Source of the DNA: Patescibacteria group bacterium
GTDB lineage: Bacteria; Patescibacteriota; UBA1384; UBA12157; JAENIV01
Reading direction: 5' to 3'
Assembly: GCA_023485405.1 (NCBI GenBank)
Contig: JAMCZU010000035.1
Coordinates: 1,519-65,518, forward strand
DNA: 64,000 nucleotides
Shown here: positions 40,750 through 54,000 of the stretch, piece by piece
Position numbering within the stretch: position 1 is the stretch's first letter
How the letters are laid out: the number at the start of each line of letters is the position of its first letter
Position numbers and translations under genes: made by a program
The notes under the pieces: generated by a model
Told to the model about the DNA's origin: nothing
Database searches by the model: none
What the model saw: only the letters and a program-made list of their open reading frames with translations

Positions 40750-41601
40750 ATGAACTCGACTGAAATTGGTTCGCAGGCATTTCAAAAAGTTCTAGGGGCA
40801 TCAGACAAAGCCCATTATTTTTTGGGTCAATTTAATTTAAAAAGTCAGCCTTTTGAAATTTTAGATATTCTACTGGTGGCTATTCTAATTTATTGGGTCT
40901 ATTTAATTCTTCATGAAACGCGGGCAATGCGGATTCTTTACGGCATTGTGGTTTTGGTCATTATTATGGTTTTAGGCCGACTTTTGCAATTACAAGCCTT
41001 AAATTTTATTTTAACCTATGTTTTAGCAGCATTAGTGGTGGCTATTCCAGTGGTTTTTCAGCCCGAGCTTCGAGCGGCGTTAGAGCGGCTTGGTCGGACT
41101 AAATTTGTGGGTGAATTTGGCGGGTTAAAAAAAGACAAACTTGACGACATTGTATCCGAAATTCTTTCAGCCATTGACTTTTTTGCCGAAAATAAACGAG
41201 GGGCAATTATTGTTTTAACTCGTCAAACGGGACTCCGCGATATTGTTTCGTCTGGTGTGCGCTTGGACGCCGAAATTTCAAAACAACTTTTAATTACGAT
41301 TTTTTCGCCTAAGACACCATTGCATGACGGCGCGGTAATTATTTCTGGTGATAAAATTATCGCCGCTAATTGTTGGTTACCACTAATCGAACAAGAATTT
41401 AAATACGATCTTGGCACGCGTCATCGGGCGGCTTCGGGAATTACAACCGATACAGACGCGATTGTTTTAGTTGTCTCCGAAGAAACAGGAAAAATTTCTT
41501 TAGCGGTGGGTGGTAATTTGACCACCGATTTAAAAACAGGACAGTTAAAAGATTTCTTAACGAAAATGTTGCAACACAAGATTGAAGGGGTGGCTTCATG
41601 A
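40750..41601 (+). CDS. cdaA: Diadenylate cyclase
   Basis: Three TMs, FQPELR, PLHDGA, GTRHRA, VSEETG. Confidence 0.93.
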   Translation: MNSTEIGSQAFQKVLGASDKAHYFLGQFNLKSQPFEILDILLVAILIYWVYLILHETRAMRILYGIVVLVIIMVLGRLLQLQALNFILTYVLAALVVAIPVVFQPELRAALERLGRTKFVGEFGGLKKDKLDDIVSEILSAIDFFAENKRGAIIVLTRQTGLRDIVSSGVRLDAEISKQLLITIFSPKTPLHDGAVIISGDKIIAANCWLPLIEQEFKYDLGTRHRAASGITTDTDAIVLVVSEETGKISLAVGGNLTTDLKTGQLKDFLTKMLQHKIEGVAS

Positions 41602-42815
41602 ATATTTTCCAAAAAATATTTCAGAATTTTCCCGCCAAAATTGGTAGTATTTTAATTGCCATTTTAATTTGGGTTTATGTTGGTTCGGGCCTGGCTCAAA
41701 TTGATACTTTTCCGGGTAAAATTCCAATTGATTTTAAAAATATACCCCAAGGATTAGTGCCAGTCTCTGACATTGATAGTGTTTCAGTGAAAGTTGCAGC
41801 GGCATCTGCTCTTTGGAAAAATTTAAATACTGATTCTTTTTCTGCTGTCATTGATCTTGCTGGCTTTACGGAAGGAACTTATGAATTACCGGTTAAAATA
41901 AACTCTAATGTGCCTGATGTCCAAATTGTGGAAGTCAGTCCTGCTAAAGTCTTAGTACGTTTAGAAAAAATTACCGATAAAGAAGTACCCGTTGTTTTGC
42001 AAGTTGAAGGTAAAGCGGCCGATGGTTTTGTCGTCGGCGATTGGAAACTGAAACCTGACCGAGTGAAAGTTTCGGGGGCTAATTCGGAAATAGCCAAAAT
42101 TATTGAAGCCACAGCCAAAATTACACTCGCTGGTGAGAAAGACAATATCCAAAGAATTCTAAAAGTGGTGGCCTTAGACTCAGCTGGTAACGAAATAAGG
42201 AATTTAAGTTTTTCGCCGGCGGAAGTTGTGGCTCAAGTACCTTTAGTTCAAGCTTCATCGGCCAAAACAGTCGGCATTAAAGTTGTTACTTCCGGTCAGC
42301 CAGCAGATGGTTTTTGGATGTCAGGCATTGAAACGGAACCGGCACAAGTAGCCATTACGGCTTCGGCTTCCTTAATCAATGAAATTAGTTTTATCGAGAC
42401 TAAGGAAATTAATATTACGGGTATTGCCGTAACCAAAGAATTTACGACAACTTTGAAACCGGCAGTCGGGGTGACAGTGCTTGATAATGTTCCTTTAGTT
42501 AAAGCTAAAATTGTGATTTCACCCATTGGTTCAACGCGTCAATTTCAAGTGGGCTTTAATTGGAAAAATTTAAATCCTGGTTTAAAAGTGGCTTCCGTTG
42601 ATCCGCAAACTGTAACTTTGGTTTTAACCGGCTCAACTTACGATTTGTCTCAACTTAACACCAAAGATGTTGCTATCAATGTTGATCTTAGTTCCCACCC
42701 TCAATCAGGCACTTACTCGGTTGATATAACACGTAGCAATATCTCTTTGCCCAATGGTATTTCTTTCTCTTCGGTTGTGCCCTCGGCCATTAATGTGAGG
42801 CTGGAAAATCTTTAA
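41598..42815 (+). CDS. cdaR: YbbR-repeat regulator of CdaA
   Basis: N-terminal TM, repeated V.P..V.V YbbR-type domains, overlap with cdaA. Confidence 0.85.
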   Translation: MNIFQKIFQNFPAKIGSILIAILIWVYVGSGLAQIDTFPGKIPIDFKNIPQGLVPVSDIDSVSVKVAAASALWKNLNTDSFSAVIDLAGFTEGTYELPVKINSNVPDVQIVEVSPAKVLVRLEKITDKEVPVVLQVEGKAADGFVVGDWKLKPDRVKVSGANSEIAKIIEATAKITLAGEKDNIQRILKVVALDSAGNEIRNLSFSPAEVVAQVPLVQASSAKTVGIKVVTSGQPADGFWMSGIETEPAQVAITASASLINEISFIETKEINITGIAVTKEFTTTLKPAVGVTVLDNVPLVKAKIVISPIGSTRQFQVGFNWKNLNPGLKVASVDPQTVTLVLTGSTYDLSQLNTKDVAINVDLSSHPQSGTYSVDITRSNISLPNGISFSSVVPSAINVRLENL

Positions 42816-42862
42816 AATGATCTTGAATTTGACTTAAGTGTTAACTTTGGCTAAACTTAAAA

Positions 42863-44891
<2,029 letters not shown>

Positions 44892-44911
44892 GAACTAGAA
44901 TTTAATAACTT

Positions 44912-45409
44912 ATGGCTAGTGTAATTATTGTAGATCAAAACGATCAAGTAATTGATTCAAAGGAACGAAATATAGTTGATCATAGTAAAGATATTTGTCG
45001 GATATCAGTTCTTTGGATTACCAATTCCAAGAATCAAATTCTTTTAGCTCAAAGAAAACTGACTAAGAAATATAATCCAGGCAAGTGGGGACCAGCAGTT
45101 GGTGGAACGAATGAAGAGGGTGAAACGTATGAGAGTAATATTTATAAAGAAGCTTCGGAAGAAATTGGTCTTAAAGGTTACGATTTTCAAAAAGGATTAA
45201 AATTTTTTGTCGCTCAGCCTAATAAAAAATTTTGCCAGACTTTTTACTTGAATATTAATTGGCAGTTGGAACAATTTAATATTCAAAAAGAAGAAGTCGA
45301 ACAAGTGAGATGGTTTGATCAAGAAGAACTCTTAGAAGAACTCAAAAATGACCCCGACAGTTACACTGAGGTGGTTCATTTAATAATGAGAAGCACTAAA
45401 TCTAAATAA
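44912..45409 (+). CDS. NUDIX hydrolase (IDI-like)
   Basis: GGTNEEGETYESNIYKEASEEIG Nudix box, QKEEV. Confidence 0.85.
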   Translation: MASVIIVDQNDQVIDSKERNIVDHSKDICRISVLWITNSKNQILLAQRKLTKKYNPGKWGPAVGGTNEEGETYESNIYKEASEEIGLKGYDFQKGLKFFVAQPNKKFCQTFYLNINWQLEQFNIQKEEVEQVRWFDQEELLEELKNDPDSYTEVVHLIMRSTKSK

Positions 45410-45412
45410 TAA

Positions 45413-46099
45413 CTAGAATTTAAAATGCATAATTTTGTCAAATGAGCACTCACAAGGGGATTTCTTGCAGACATGGCAATTATTTTTAAAAACTATTGAA
45501 AGTTTAGTAGCTAAATCGCTTTTAAGTGAATTAAAAACACCAATATAACAAGAAAAGAGATCAGCTGCTTCAAGGGTAACTTGTTTAAAATCATCATCTT
45601 TATGACTGCCACGATAATTTAAAACAGTCTCTGATAGTTCTCCTATTTCTTCGGCTAAATGAATTCCTGCGTGTTCCAGTGTACGAGTAGTGGAAGGATA
45701 TATTTTTTCAAACATTATTTGAAATTCTTTTAAAGTTTTTGGCCTGAGCTTATTATCGATCGTAATTTTTTGTCTTTTTTTAACCTTTTTACTTTTGCAG
45801 GAACAAGGTAGATCGCCACAATAAGAACAAACATAAGGAAAACGATGCCAAACATTTTCTTCAAGATTAATATGAAGTTGATTCATCAAAGACATATACC
45901 AACTCAAAGAGATAATGAGATTAAGCTCAATTTTTTCTTGATCTTCTTTTCGGATACCTTTTAATCCTCTCATTAAAAAACGTTCAACATTGGTCAACAT
46001 GTCCCAAGCGTTAAAATAGCGATCATTAGAAACACCATAGACTTCTTGAGTAAAAGCTTGAAGTCCGTGAATGGTTGTATTGGATTTAATAGAAGGCAT
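45413..46099 (-). CDS. Tandem MazG-like nucleotide pyrophosphohydrolase
   Basis: HLAEEIGELSE...EAADLF; two Cys4 motifs (CSYC..PCSC, CHVC..PCEC); degenerate first repeat. Confidence 0.75.
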   Translation of the reverse strand: MPSIKSNTTIHGLQAFTQEVYGVSNDRYFNAWDMLTNVERFLMRGLKGIRKEDQEKIELNLIISLSWYMSLMNQLHINLEENVWHRFPYVCSYCGDLPCSCKSKKVKKRQKITIDNKLRPKTLKEFQIMFEKIYPSTTRTLEHAGIHLAEEIGELSETVLNYRGSHKDDDFKQVTLEAADLFSCYIGVFNSLKSDLATKLSIVFKNNCHVCKKSPCECSFDKIMHFKF

Positions 46100-46165
46100 T
46101 TTTACCTCGTCTTTAAATTAATCTTTTTATTATCTTTTTGTCAAACCCTTTATATTTAACCAGTC

Positions 46166-46190
46166 AGAACCCACCCCAGGGGTGGGTTCT
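46166..46190. repeat. REP-like palindrome, left of RAYT
   Basis: AGAACCCACCCC-A-GGGGTGGGTTCT. Confidence 0.88.
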
Positions 46191-46221
46191 AGAAGGTTAG
46201 AAATTTGTGTATAATAAGCTT

Positions 46222-46887
46222 ATGAAACGAAAAATACCATTAGTAACAGGTGAAGTTTATCATATTTTAAGTCGGAGTATCGCTGGATATGAGATTTTTA
46301 ATAATCAAGGCGATTATGTGAGGATGCAACGATTATTGAAATATTATCAATTCGATTTCGATTGGAAGTTTTCCGATTTTATTAATCTAGATATCGTTGG
46401 AAAAAATGGATTTGACCAATCTTTAAATATATTTTCAGTTGATAAAGAAAAACAAGTACAAATTATTGCGTATTGTTTAATGCCCACACATGTTCATTTG
46501 ATTCTTAAGCAATTAAAGGATGATGGGATTTCAAAATATTTTGGTAATACTTTAAATAGTTATACTCGTCATTTTAATAATAAGCATAAAAGAAAAGGTC
46601 CTCTTTGGGAAGAGAAGTTTAAAAATATTTTAATAGTTAACGATAACCAGCTGCTGCATTTAACAAGATATATTCATCTTAATCCAGTAACTGCATTATT
46701 GGCGAATAAGCCAGAGGGGTGGTTGTTTTCATCTTATAGGGAATATTTGAATATCAAAGATCAGTCAATAATGTGCAATTACCAGGATATTTTAGATATC
46801 CAACCTAAATCATATCGTAAATTTGTTAATGATAGAATTTCTTACCAAAAAGAGCTCGCTAAAATAAAAGCATTACTACTTGATTGA
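46222..46887 (+). mobile_element. REP-associated tyrosine (Y1/HUH) transposase
   Basis: YHILSR, AYCLMPTHVHL (HUH), YIHLNP, SSY; flanked by matching palindromes. Confidence 0.88.
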
Positions 46888-46896
46888 ACCATTTAA

Positions 46897-46917
46897 AACC
46901 CACCCCTGGGGTGGGTT
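46897..46917. repeat. REP-like palindrome, right of RAYT (inverted relative to left)
   Basis: AACCCACCCC-T-GGGGTGGGTT. Confidence 0.88.
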
Positions 46918-46998
46918 ATAGGTTGACAAAAGACTATTTTTTAGATAAAAAGAAAATGTCTTCCAATCTAAAAATGGGAGCAGAGGGGGAAGAATACG

Positions 46999-47388
46999 GT
47001 GGAACTAAGACAATTTGTGACGGCGGACGATATTTTAGTTGCTTTTGGTCATTTTCTCTCTGAAGAGAATATTCATAGTTTTGATTCGTCTCCTGAAAAA
47101 ATGCATCGTTGGTTCTTTAACCATCGTGGAGAGTTATCTTGTGAGCTGCATTTTAGCAATCGAGGCTTTGGCCCGGATAGTGAAGAATTACATCAAGCTC
47201 TTTCTAATCTGTCAACGTGTAGAATCACATATTGGAAAAGCAATGAGGGCAGTAGTAGGTTGTATTTTGAACCGGTTGTCAGTCAGTTATATCAAGAGGA
47301 CAAAAAAGATCTTCTTGAAAAACATGGTTTGGGCGAAGAAAAACTCAAGCTTTTAGCAAAATCATTCGCCGAAAGTTGCTCTGTCTAG
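46999..47388 (+). CDS. Hypothetical protein (129 aa)
   Basis: GAGGGGG RBS, TTGACA at 46923, GC hairpin plus T run at 47387-47410. Confidence 0.7.
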   Translation: MELRQFVTADDILVAFGHFLSEENIHSFDSSPEKMHRWFFNHRGELSCELHFSNRGFGPDSEELHQALSNLSTCRITYWKSNEGSSRLYFEPVVSQLYQEDKKDLLEKHGLGEEKLKLLAKSFAESCSV

Positions 47389-47423
47389 CGGGTTAACCCC
47401 CGCTTTTTTTCTGCCAAACCCTT

Positions 47424-47493
47424 GATCCTGCTAGAACTCCTTTCTCAAAAACGGACTATGTCCTGTTATTTGAGAAGCGTCGTCTACAGGATC
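47424..47493. repeat. 70-bp hairpin element with GGACTAyGTCC apex
   Basis: GATCCTG/CAGGATC, TTCTCAAA/TTTGAGAA, GGAC-TAT-GTCC; similar to 57214-57277. Confidence 0.7.
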
Positions 47494-47517
47494 TGCGGGC
47501 CGACATGACGTCGGCCC

Positions 47518-47546
47518 TTGACAAAAAAGTGATGTTATTGTATACT
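47518..47546 (+). promoter_or_regulatory. rpoBC promoter
   Basis: TTGACA-17 nt-TATACT. Confidence 0.8.
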
Positions 47547-47660
47547 CGATTTAGAGAATAAAATAAGGAAGAAAAGGGTGGAAAGAATTTATTATATATA
47601 AGTGATTTCTCTGCCTTTAAGCAGCAGTTATTGCTGTATGTTTGTTTGGAGATTTTTTTA

Positions 47661-50600
47661 GTGTCAAGAATACAACTTGGTCAACAAAAAAGAATATCTC
47701 TCCCAGTTAGAGACTTAATCGAAGTCCAGATAAACTCTTATAATTGGTTTTTCCGTGAGGGAATTAAAGAACTATTAGAAGAAATTAGTCCCGTTGAAGA
47801 TTTCACCGGGAAACTTTTGCAACTCGAATTTTTAGATGTTTCAATGGATCAACCGCGTTATGGCGAAGAAGCAACTCGTGATAAAAATTTAACTTTTGAG
47901 GCGCCACTTCGCTGTCAGGTCAGACTGACAAATAAAATTACTGGTCGCACTAAAGAAGCAACTGTCTTTCTAGGTGATTTTCCTTTAATGACTGATCGTG
48001 GTACTTTTATTGTTAATGGTATTGAAAGAGTCGTGGTTTCACAGATCGTTCGTTCATACGGTGTTCTTTTTGTTTCAGAAGAAGTTGCGGGCCGAAAGTT
48101 TTTTGGCGCTAAAATTATTCCTTCAAGAGGGGCTTGGCTGGAATTTGAAACCTCACTTCGTGATGTTATTTCCGTTAAAGTTGATCGCAAAAGAAAAATT
48201 TTAGTGACTACTTTCTTGCGCGCTTTGGGAATGACGACTGAACAAATTATTCATGCTTTTGAAGGTGTCAGTGATGATAAAGATCATAATTATATTAAAG
48301 CCACTTTAGCTCGTGACAATGCCAAAACTTATGAAGAAGCTTTAGTTGAAGTTTACAAAAGAATTCGACCAGGTGATTTAGCCACTCCGGAAACGGCTAA
48401 AACTTTTATCGAAGCAATGTTCTTTAATCGCAAACGCTATGATCTTGGTAAAGTTGGCCGATACAAAATGAACCAACGATTAGGAATGAATGCTTCTTTT
48501 GATGTTAAAAATCGAGTGCTACGGCTTGAAGATGTTATTGATACAATTAAAGAAATTATTCGACTTAATAATGATCCAATGGCCGAGCAAGACGATATTG
48601 ACCATTTGAAAAATCGTCGTGTTCGCGCGGTGGGAGAATTAATTCAAGGCAAAGTTCGAGTCGGAATGCTTCGAATGGAAAGAATTATTAAAGATCGAAT
48701 GTCCGTACTTGACTCTGATACCGTCACGCCAAGTCAATTAATTAATGCTCGTCCGGTGATGGCTGTCTTGCAAGAATTTTTTGCTTCATCACAGCTTTCA
48801 CAATTTATGAATCAAACTAATCCTTTAGCTGAATTGGAACACAAAAGATGTCTTTCAGCCATTGGGCCAGGTGGTCTTTCGCGAGAACGTGCTGGTTTTG
48901 AAGTTCGTGATGTTCACTCATCTCACTACGGCCGAATTTGTCCGATTGAAACACCCGAAGGTCCAAATATTGGTTTGGTTGGCTATATGGCCACTTATGC
49001 TAAGGTCAATGAATACGGTTTTATTGAAACACCGTATCTTGTGGTGGAACAAAAAGACAAAAAACCTCAAGTTACCAGCAAAGTGGTTTATTTGGATGCC
49101 GATGAAGAAGAAAAAGCCATTATCGTGCCAATTTCGGCTAAAGTTGATAAAGATGGTTATTTGACTGAATCAAAAACAATTGTTCGTAAATATGGTGAAC
49201 CAGTGTTAGAGCGAACTTCCAAAATTCAATATATGGATGTTTCGCCTCGTCAAATTGTTTCTATTTCAACGGCTTTAATTCCGTTTGTGGAGCACGACGA
49301 TGCGACCAGAGCTTCGATGGGTTCAAACATGGAACGTCAAGCTGTACCATTAATTCGTCCTGAATCACCAATTGTTGGTACGGGCATGGAACAAGATGCC
49401 GCCCGTGACTCCGGCCAATGTTTATTTGCCGATACCGCTGGTGTGGTAACCGAAGCTTCGGGTTCGGAAATTATCTTAGAGACAAAAAATGGTAATAAAA
49501 AATATTTACTGAAAAAATTTCAACGTTCAAACCAAGCCACTTGTCTTAACCAACGACCAATGGTCAGCATTGGCGACAAGATAAAAATCGGCGATTTATT
49601 AGCTGACTCTTCAGCCACTGATAATTGCGAATTGGCTTTGGGTAAAAATGTGCTCGTCGCTTTTATGTCTTTTAAAGGTGCTAACTTTGAAGATGCCATT
49701 ATTATTTCGGAAAAATTAGTCCGTGAAGATGTTTATACTTCAATTCATATTGAAAAGTATCCGATTGAAGTACGCGATACTAAACTTGGACCGGAATTAT
49801 TAACGCGCGATATTCCCAATGTTTCCGAAGAAGCGTTAGCTAATTTGGATGAACAAGGAATTATTCGAATTGGGGCCGAAGTGGCCGCGGGTGATATTTT
49901 GGTGGGTAAGATTTCGCCTAAAGGTGAAACTGAACTTTCAGCCGAAGAAAAATTACTGCGCGCGATTTTTGGTGAAAAAGCTAAAGATGTGAAAGATACT
50001 TCACTTCGACTGCCTCATGGTGAATATGGTCGCATTGTCGGCATTAAAATCTTTTCAAAAGAAAAAGGCGACGAATTAGCGGCTGGTGTTTATCAAATCG
50101 TCGAAATTTCGGTGGCCCAACAGCGAAAAGTGCAAATTGGTGATAAATTAGCTGGTCGTCATGGTAATAAAGGGGTTATTTCCACTATTTTACCAGAAGC
50201 GGAAATGCCTTATTTAGCTGATGGGACGCCGGTTGATATTGTTCTTAATCCTTTAGGTGTTATTTCTCGTATGAATTTGGGTCAAATTTTAGAAACTCAT
50301 TTAGGTTGGGCGGCTAAAGCAAAAAATATCAAAGTCGCCACACCAGTCTTTGAAGCAATTGATTTTCCAAAAATTCAAGAAATGTTAAGAGAAGTTAATT
50401 TACCAGAAGACGGTAAAATTCAGCTTTACGATGGTCGTACCGGTGAGCCGTTTGACCAAAAAACCACCGTTGGGATTATTTATGTAATGAAACTTTGTCA
50501 TTTGGTTGATGATAAAATGCATGCTCGTTCCACTGGTCCATATTCAATGGTGACTCAACAGCCGCTGGGTGGAAAAGCGCAATTTGGTGGTCAACGTTTT

Positions 50601-51005
50601 GGAGAAATGGAAGTTTGGGCTTTGGAAGCCTATGGTGCAGCCCATTCGTTGCAAGAAATGTTAACGATTAAGTCAGATGATGTGGTTGGCCGATCAAAAG
50701 CTTACGAGGCAATTATTAAAGGTGAAGAGATTCAAAAACCCCAAATTCCAGCAAGCTTTTATGTTTTAGTCAAAGAATTACAATCGTTAGGCCTTAATGT
50801 TGAAATGCTAAGTTCGAATGATCTTTCAAGACGAAAAGCTGCGGCCGCGCCAAGTGTCTCGACCGAAAAAAATGAGCAAGATTTAAAAATAGAAACACCG
50901 GAAGAAAATATTGCTGAAGAAAAAGATGCCGAAGTGACAGAGTTAGATGTGCCTGAACCGGAAATGGTCGAAGAATCTGTTGATAAGGGAAAAGACCTAC
51001 TTTAA
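47661..51005 (+). CDS. rpoB: RNA polymerase beta subunit
   Basis: [48 protein letters not shown]; start approximate (TTG 47631 or GTG 47661). Confidence 0.98.
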   Translation: MSRIQLGQQKRISLPVRDLIEVQINSYNWFFREGIKELLEEISPVEDFTGKLLQLEFLDVSMDQPRYGEEATRDKNLTFEAPLRCQVRLTNKITGRTKEATVFLGDFPLMTDRGTFIVNGIERVVVSQIVRSYGVLFVSEEVAGRKFFGAKIIPSRGAWLEFETSLRDVISVKVDRKRKILVTTFLRALGMTTEQIIHAFEGVSDDKDHNYIKATLARDNAKTYEEALVEVYKRIRPGDLATPETAKTFIEAMFFNRKRYDLGKVGRYKMNQRLGMNASFDVKNRVLRLEDVIDTIKEIIRLNNDPMAEQDDIDHLKNRRVRAVGELIQGKVRVGMLRMERIIKDRMSVLDSDTVTPSQLINARPVMAVLQEFFASSQLSQFMNQTNPLAELEHKRCLSAIGPGGLSRERAGFEVRDVHSSHYGRICPIETPEGPNIGLVGYMATYAKVNEYGFIETPYLVVEQKDKKPQVTSKVVYLDADEEEKAIIVPISAKVDKDGYLTESKTIVRKYGEPVLERTSKIQYMDVSPRQIVSISTALIPFVEHDDATRASMGSNMERQAVPLIRPESPIVGTGMEQDAARDSGQCLFADTAGVVTEASGSEIILETKNGNKKYLLKKFQRSNQATCLNQRPMVSIGDKIKIGDLLADSSATDNCELALGKNVLVAFMSFKGANFEDAIIISEKLVREDVYTSIHIEKYPIEVRDTKLGPELLTRDIPNVSEEALANLDEQGIIRIGAEVAAGDILVGKISPKGETELSAEEKLLRAIFGEKAKDVKDTSLRLPHGEYGRIVGIKIFSKEKGDELAAGVYQIVEISVAQQRKVQIGDKLAGRHGNKGVISTILPEAEMPYLADGTPVDIVLNPLGVISRMNLGQILETHLGWAAKAKNIKVATPVFEAIDFPKIQEMLREVNLPEDGKIQLYDGRTGEPFDQKTTVGIIYVMKLCHLVDDKMHARSTGPYSMVTQQPLGGKAQFGGQRFGEMEVWALEAYGAAHSLQEMLTIKSDDVVGRSKAYEAIIKGEEIQKPQIPASFYVLVKELQSLGLNVEMLSSNDLSRRKAAAAPSVSTEKNEQDLKIETPEENIAEEKDAEVTELDVPEPEMVEESVDKGKDLL

Positions 51006-51020
51006 ATTGAGGAAAATTAA

Positions 51021-54000
51021 ATGGCAAATCCCAAAAGAATGAATTTAAACGCAATCAAAGAAAAAAATAAAGTAATTGATTTTGATGCTTTAAAAATTTC
51101 CATTGCCTCCCCGGACCAAATTTTAGATTGGTCTTATGGCGAGGTTTTAAAGCCAGAAACAATCAACTATCGGACTCAAAAACCGGAAAGAGACGGTCTT
51201 TTTGATGAAAGAATTTTCGGACCAACCAAAGATTGGGAATGTTATTGCGGTAAATATAAAAAAATTCGTTACAAAGGTGTTATTTGTGATAAATGTGGGG
51301 TGGAAGTAACGCGCAGCGCCGTCAGGCGCGAAAGAATGGGCCACATTGATTTGTCAGTGCCGGTCACTCATATTTGGTATGTCCATGGTGTGCCTAGCAT
51401 TTTGGGCTTAGTTTTGGATTTATCAACTTCAGAACTGGAAAGAGTGATTTACTTTGCTGGTTTTATGGTTTTGGAAATTAATGAAGATATTCGAAAGAGC
51501 GTCTTAGATCAATTGGAAAAAGAATATAGCGAAGCTAAAGGGAAAGCAGCTGACAATAACATGGATTTAGCTAAAATTGAAGTGGCTTATAAAGCCACCC
51601 GTCAAGAAATCCTTTCGCTAGTACCAAAAATGATTTTAACCGAAAGTAAATATCAAGATCTATCTTTACGTTACGGTCAAATTGTTAAAGTGGGCATTGG
51701 CGCCGAAGCGATTTATGAATATCTAAAAAAGATTGATCTTGCCGAGCTCCATGAAAGTCTTAATAAAGAATTAGAACAAGCCACCTCCGTTAATACCCGA
51801 AAGATTTTAAGACGATTAAAACTTTTAGCGGAAATGAAAAATGCCGGTATTAGACCGGAATGGTTAATTATGACTAGATTACCAGTCTTGCCACCAGATC
51901 TTCGACCAATGGTCCAGCTTGATGGTGGTCGTTTTGCGGCCTCCGACTTAAATGATCTTTATCGTCGAGTGATTAACCGCAATAATCGTTTAAAAAGACT
52001 GCTTTCTTCGGGTGCGCCGGAAGTAATTTGTCGCAACGAAAAAAGAATGTTGCAAGAAGCTGTTGACTCTTTGGTTGATAATTCCGCTCGTCGTGGTCGC
52101 GCGGTTTCCGCCGGGGCAGCTGCTCGAAAACTACGTTCTCTTTCAGATATGCTTCGGGGTAAGCAAGGCCGTTTTCGCCAAAACTTATTGGGTAAACGGG
52201 TAGATTATTCTGGTCGTTCAGTTATTGTCGTTGGACCAAACTTGAAATTAAATCAATGTGGTTTACCTAAAATTATGGCTTTGGAACTTTTTAAACCTTT
52301 TGTGATTTCACGACTGATTAATGAAGGTCATGTTCATAATGTTAAAAATGCAACTCGTTTAATTGAACGAGGTGAAGCCATTGTTTGGGATATTTTGGAA
52401 AAAATTACCAGCAATTATTATGTCATGCTTAACCGTGCTCCTACTTTGCACCGCTTAGGTATTCAAGGTTTTCAACCGGTTTTAATTGAAGGTAAAGCGA
52501 TTCAAGTTCATCCGTTAGTCTGTTATGCTTTTAACGCTGATTTTGATGGTGACCAAATGGCCGTTCATGTACCTTTATCGGTCCAGGCTAAAGAAGAAAC
52601 CAGCCAAATTATGCGTTCTTCGCACAATATCTTAAAACCAGCTTCTGGTGAACCAGTGGTTACTCCTCGTTTGGATATTGTTTTTGGCGCTTATTATTTA
52701 ACAACTCTGCAAGAAGGTGCTTTGGGTGAAGATAAAATTTTTGCTTCTAAAAATGAAGCCATTTTAGCTTATCATCAAGGTTTTGTTCATGTTAGAGCCA
52801 AAATCAAAGTTTATTTTAGAGAAAAAAATGGTCAAGGTCAGTTAATGGAAACTTCTATTGGTAGAATTTTATTTAATAACATTTTACCTGATGGAGTTTC
52901 TTATCAAAATGTGGCCATGGATTCTAAAACTTTGAAAAAATTAATTACAGGTGTATTTGATCGTTTTGGTACGGATGTCACAGCAGAATTAGTGGATAAA
53001 ATTAAAAAAATTGGTTTTGATTATGCCGGTCTTTCTGGTATGACCATTTCAGTAGCAGATATTATTATTCCTTCTTCTAAAGATGGTATTTTGAAAGCCG
53101 GTGATAAAGTTTTAGATGAAATTGATAATCAATATTTAAGAGGTTTAATTACCGATAACGAAAAAGAAATTAAAACCATTGAGCTTTGGAATGGCATTCG
53201 TTCCGAGCTTGAAGGTGAAATGCTTAAAGAATTTGGTCTTAATAACCCAGTTTATTTAATGATTACTTCTGGGGCACGAGGTTCAGTGGCGCAGTTGACG
53301 CAAATGGGTGGAATGAAAGGTCTAGTGGTCAACCCAGCCGGTGAAATTATTCAAGTTCCAATTCGTTCAAACTATAAAGAAGGTTTATCGGTGATTGAGT
53401 ACTTTATTTCGACTCACGGTGCTCGTAAAGGTAAATCAGATACTTCTCTTCGAACTTCTGATGCTGGTTATTTAACCCGTCGTTTGGTTGATGTCGCTCA
53501 TGATATGGTCATCACCACTCATGATTGTGGCACCACTACTGGTTTTGAGCTTAATCGTGAAGAATCTGAATCTTTGGGTGAAAAGCTTAGTACCAGGTTG
53601 GTTGGCCGAATTTCTTTAGAAGATATCAAAGACAAAAATAAAATCATTGTCAAAAAGGGTGAAGAAATTAATGAAGAAAAAGCCGTTTTAATTGAAAACA
53701 GTGGCATTGAAAAAGTCATTGTTCGATCGGTTTTGGAGTGTCGGGCTGAAAGAGGTCTATGCCAAAATTGTTATGGCCGAGATTTGGCCACGGGTAAACT
53801 GGTGGAAATGGGTACCGTCGCGGGTATTATTGCCGCTCAAGCGATTGGTGAACCGGGCACCCAGTTGACAATGAAAACCTTCCATATGGGTGGTATTTCC
53901 GGTGAAGATATTACTTCCGGTTTGCCTCGGGTTGAAGAACTATTTGAGGCACGCACCCCGCGAGTACCAGGAATTTTATCAGAAATTAGCGGTATTGTCA

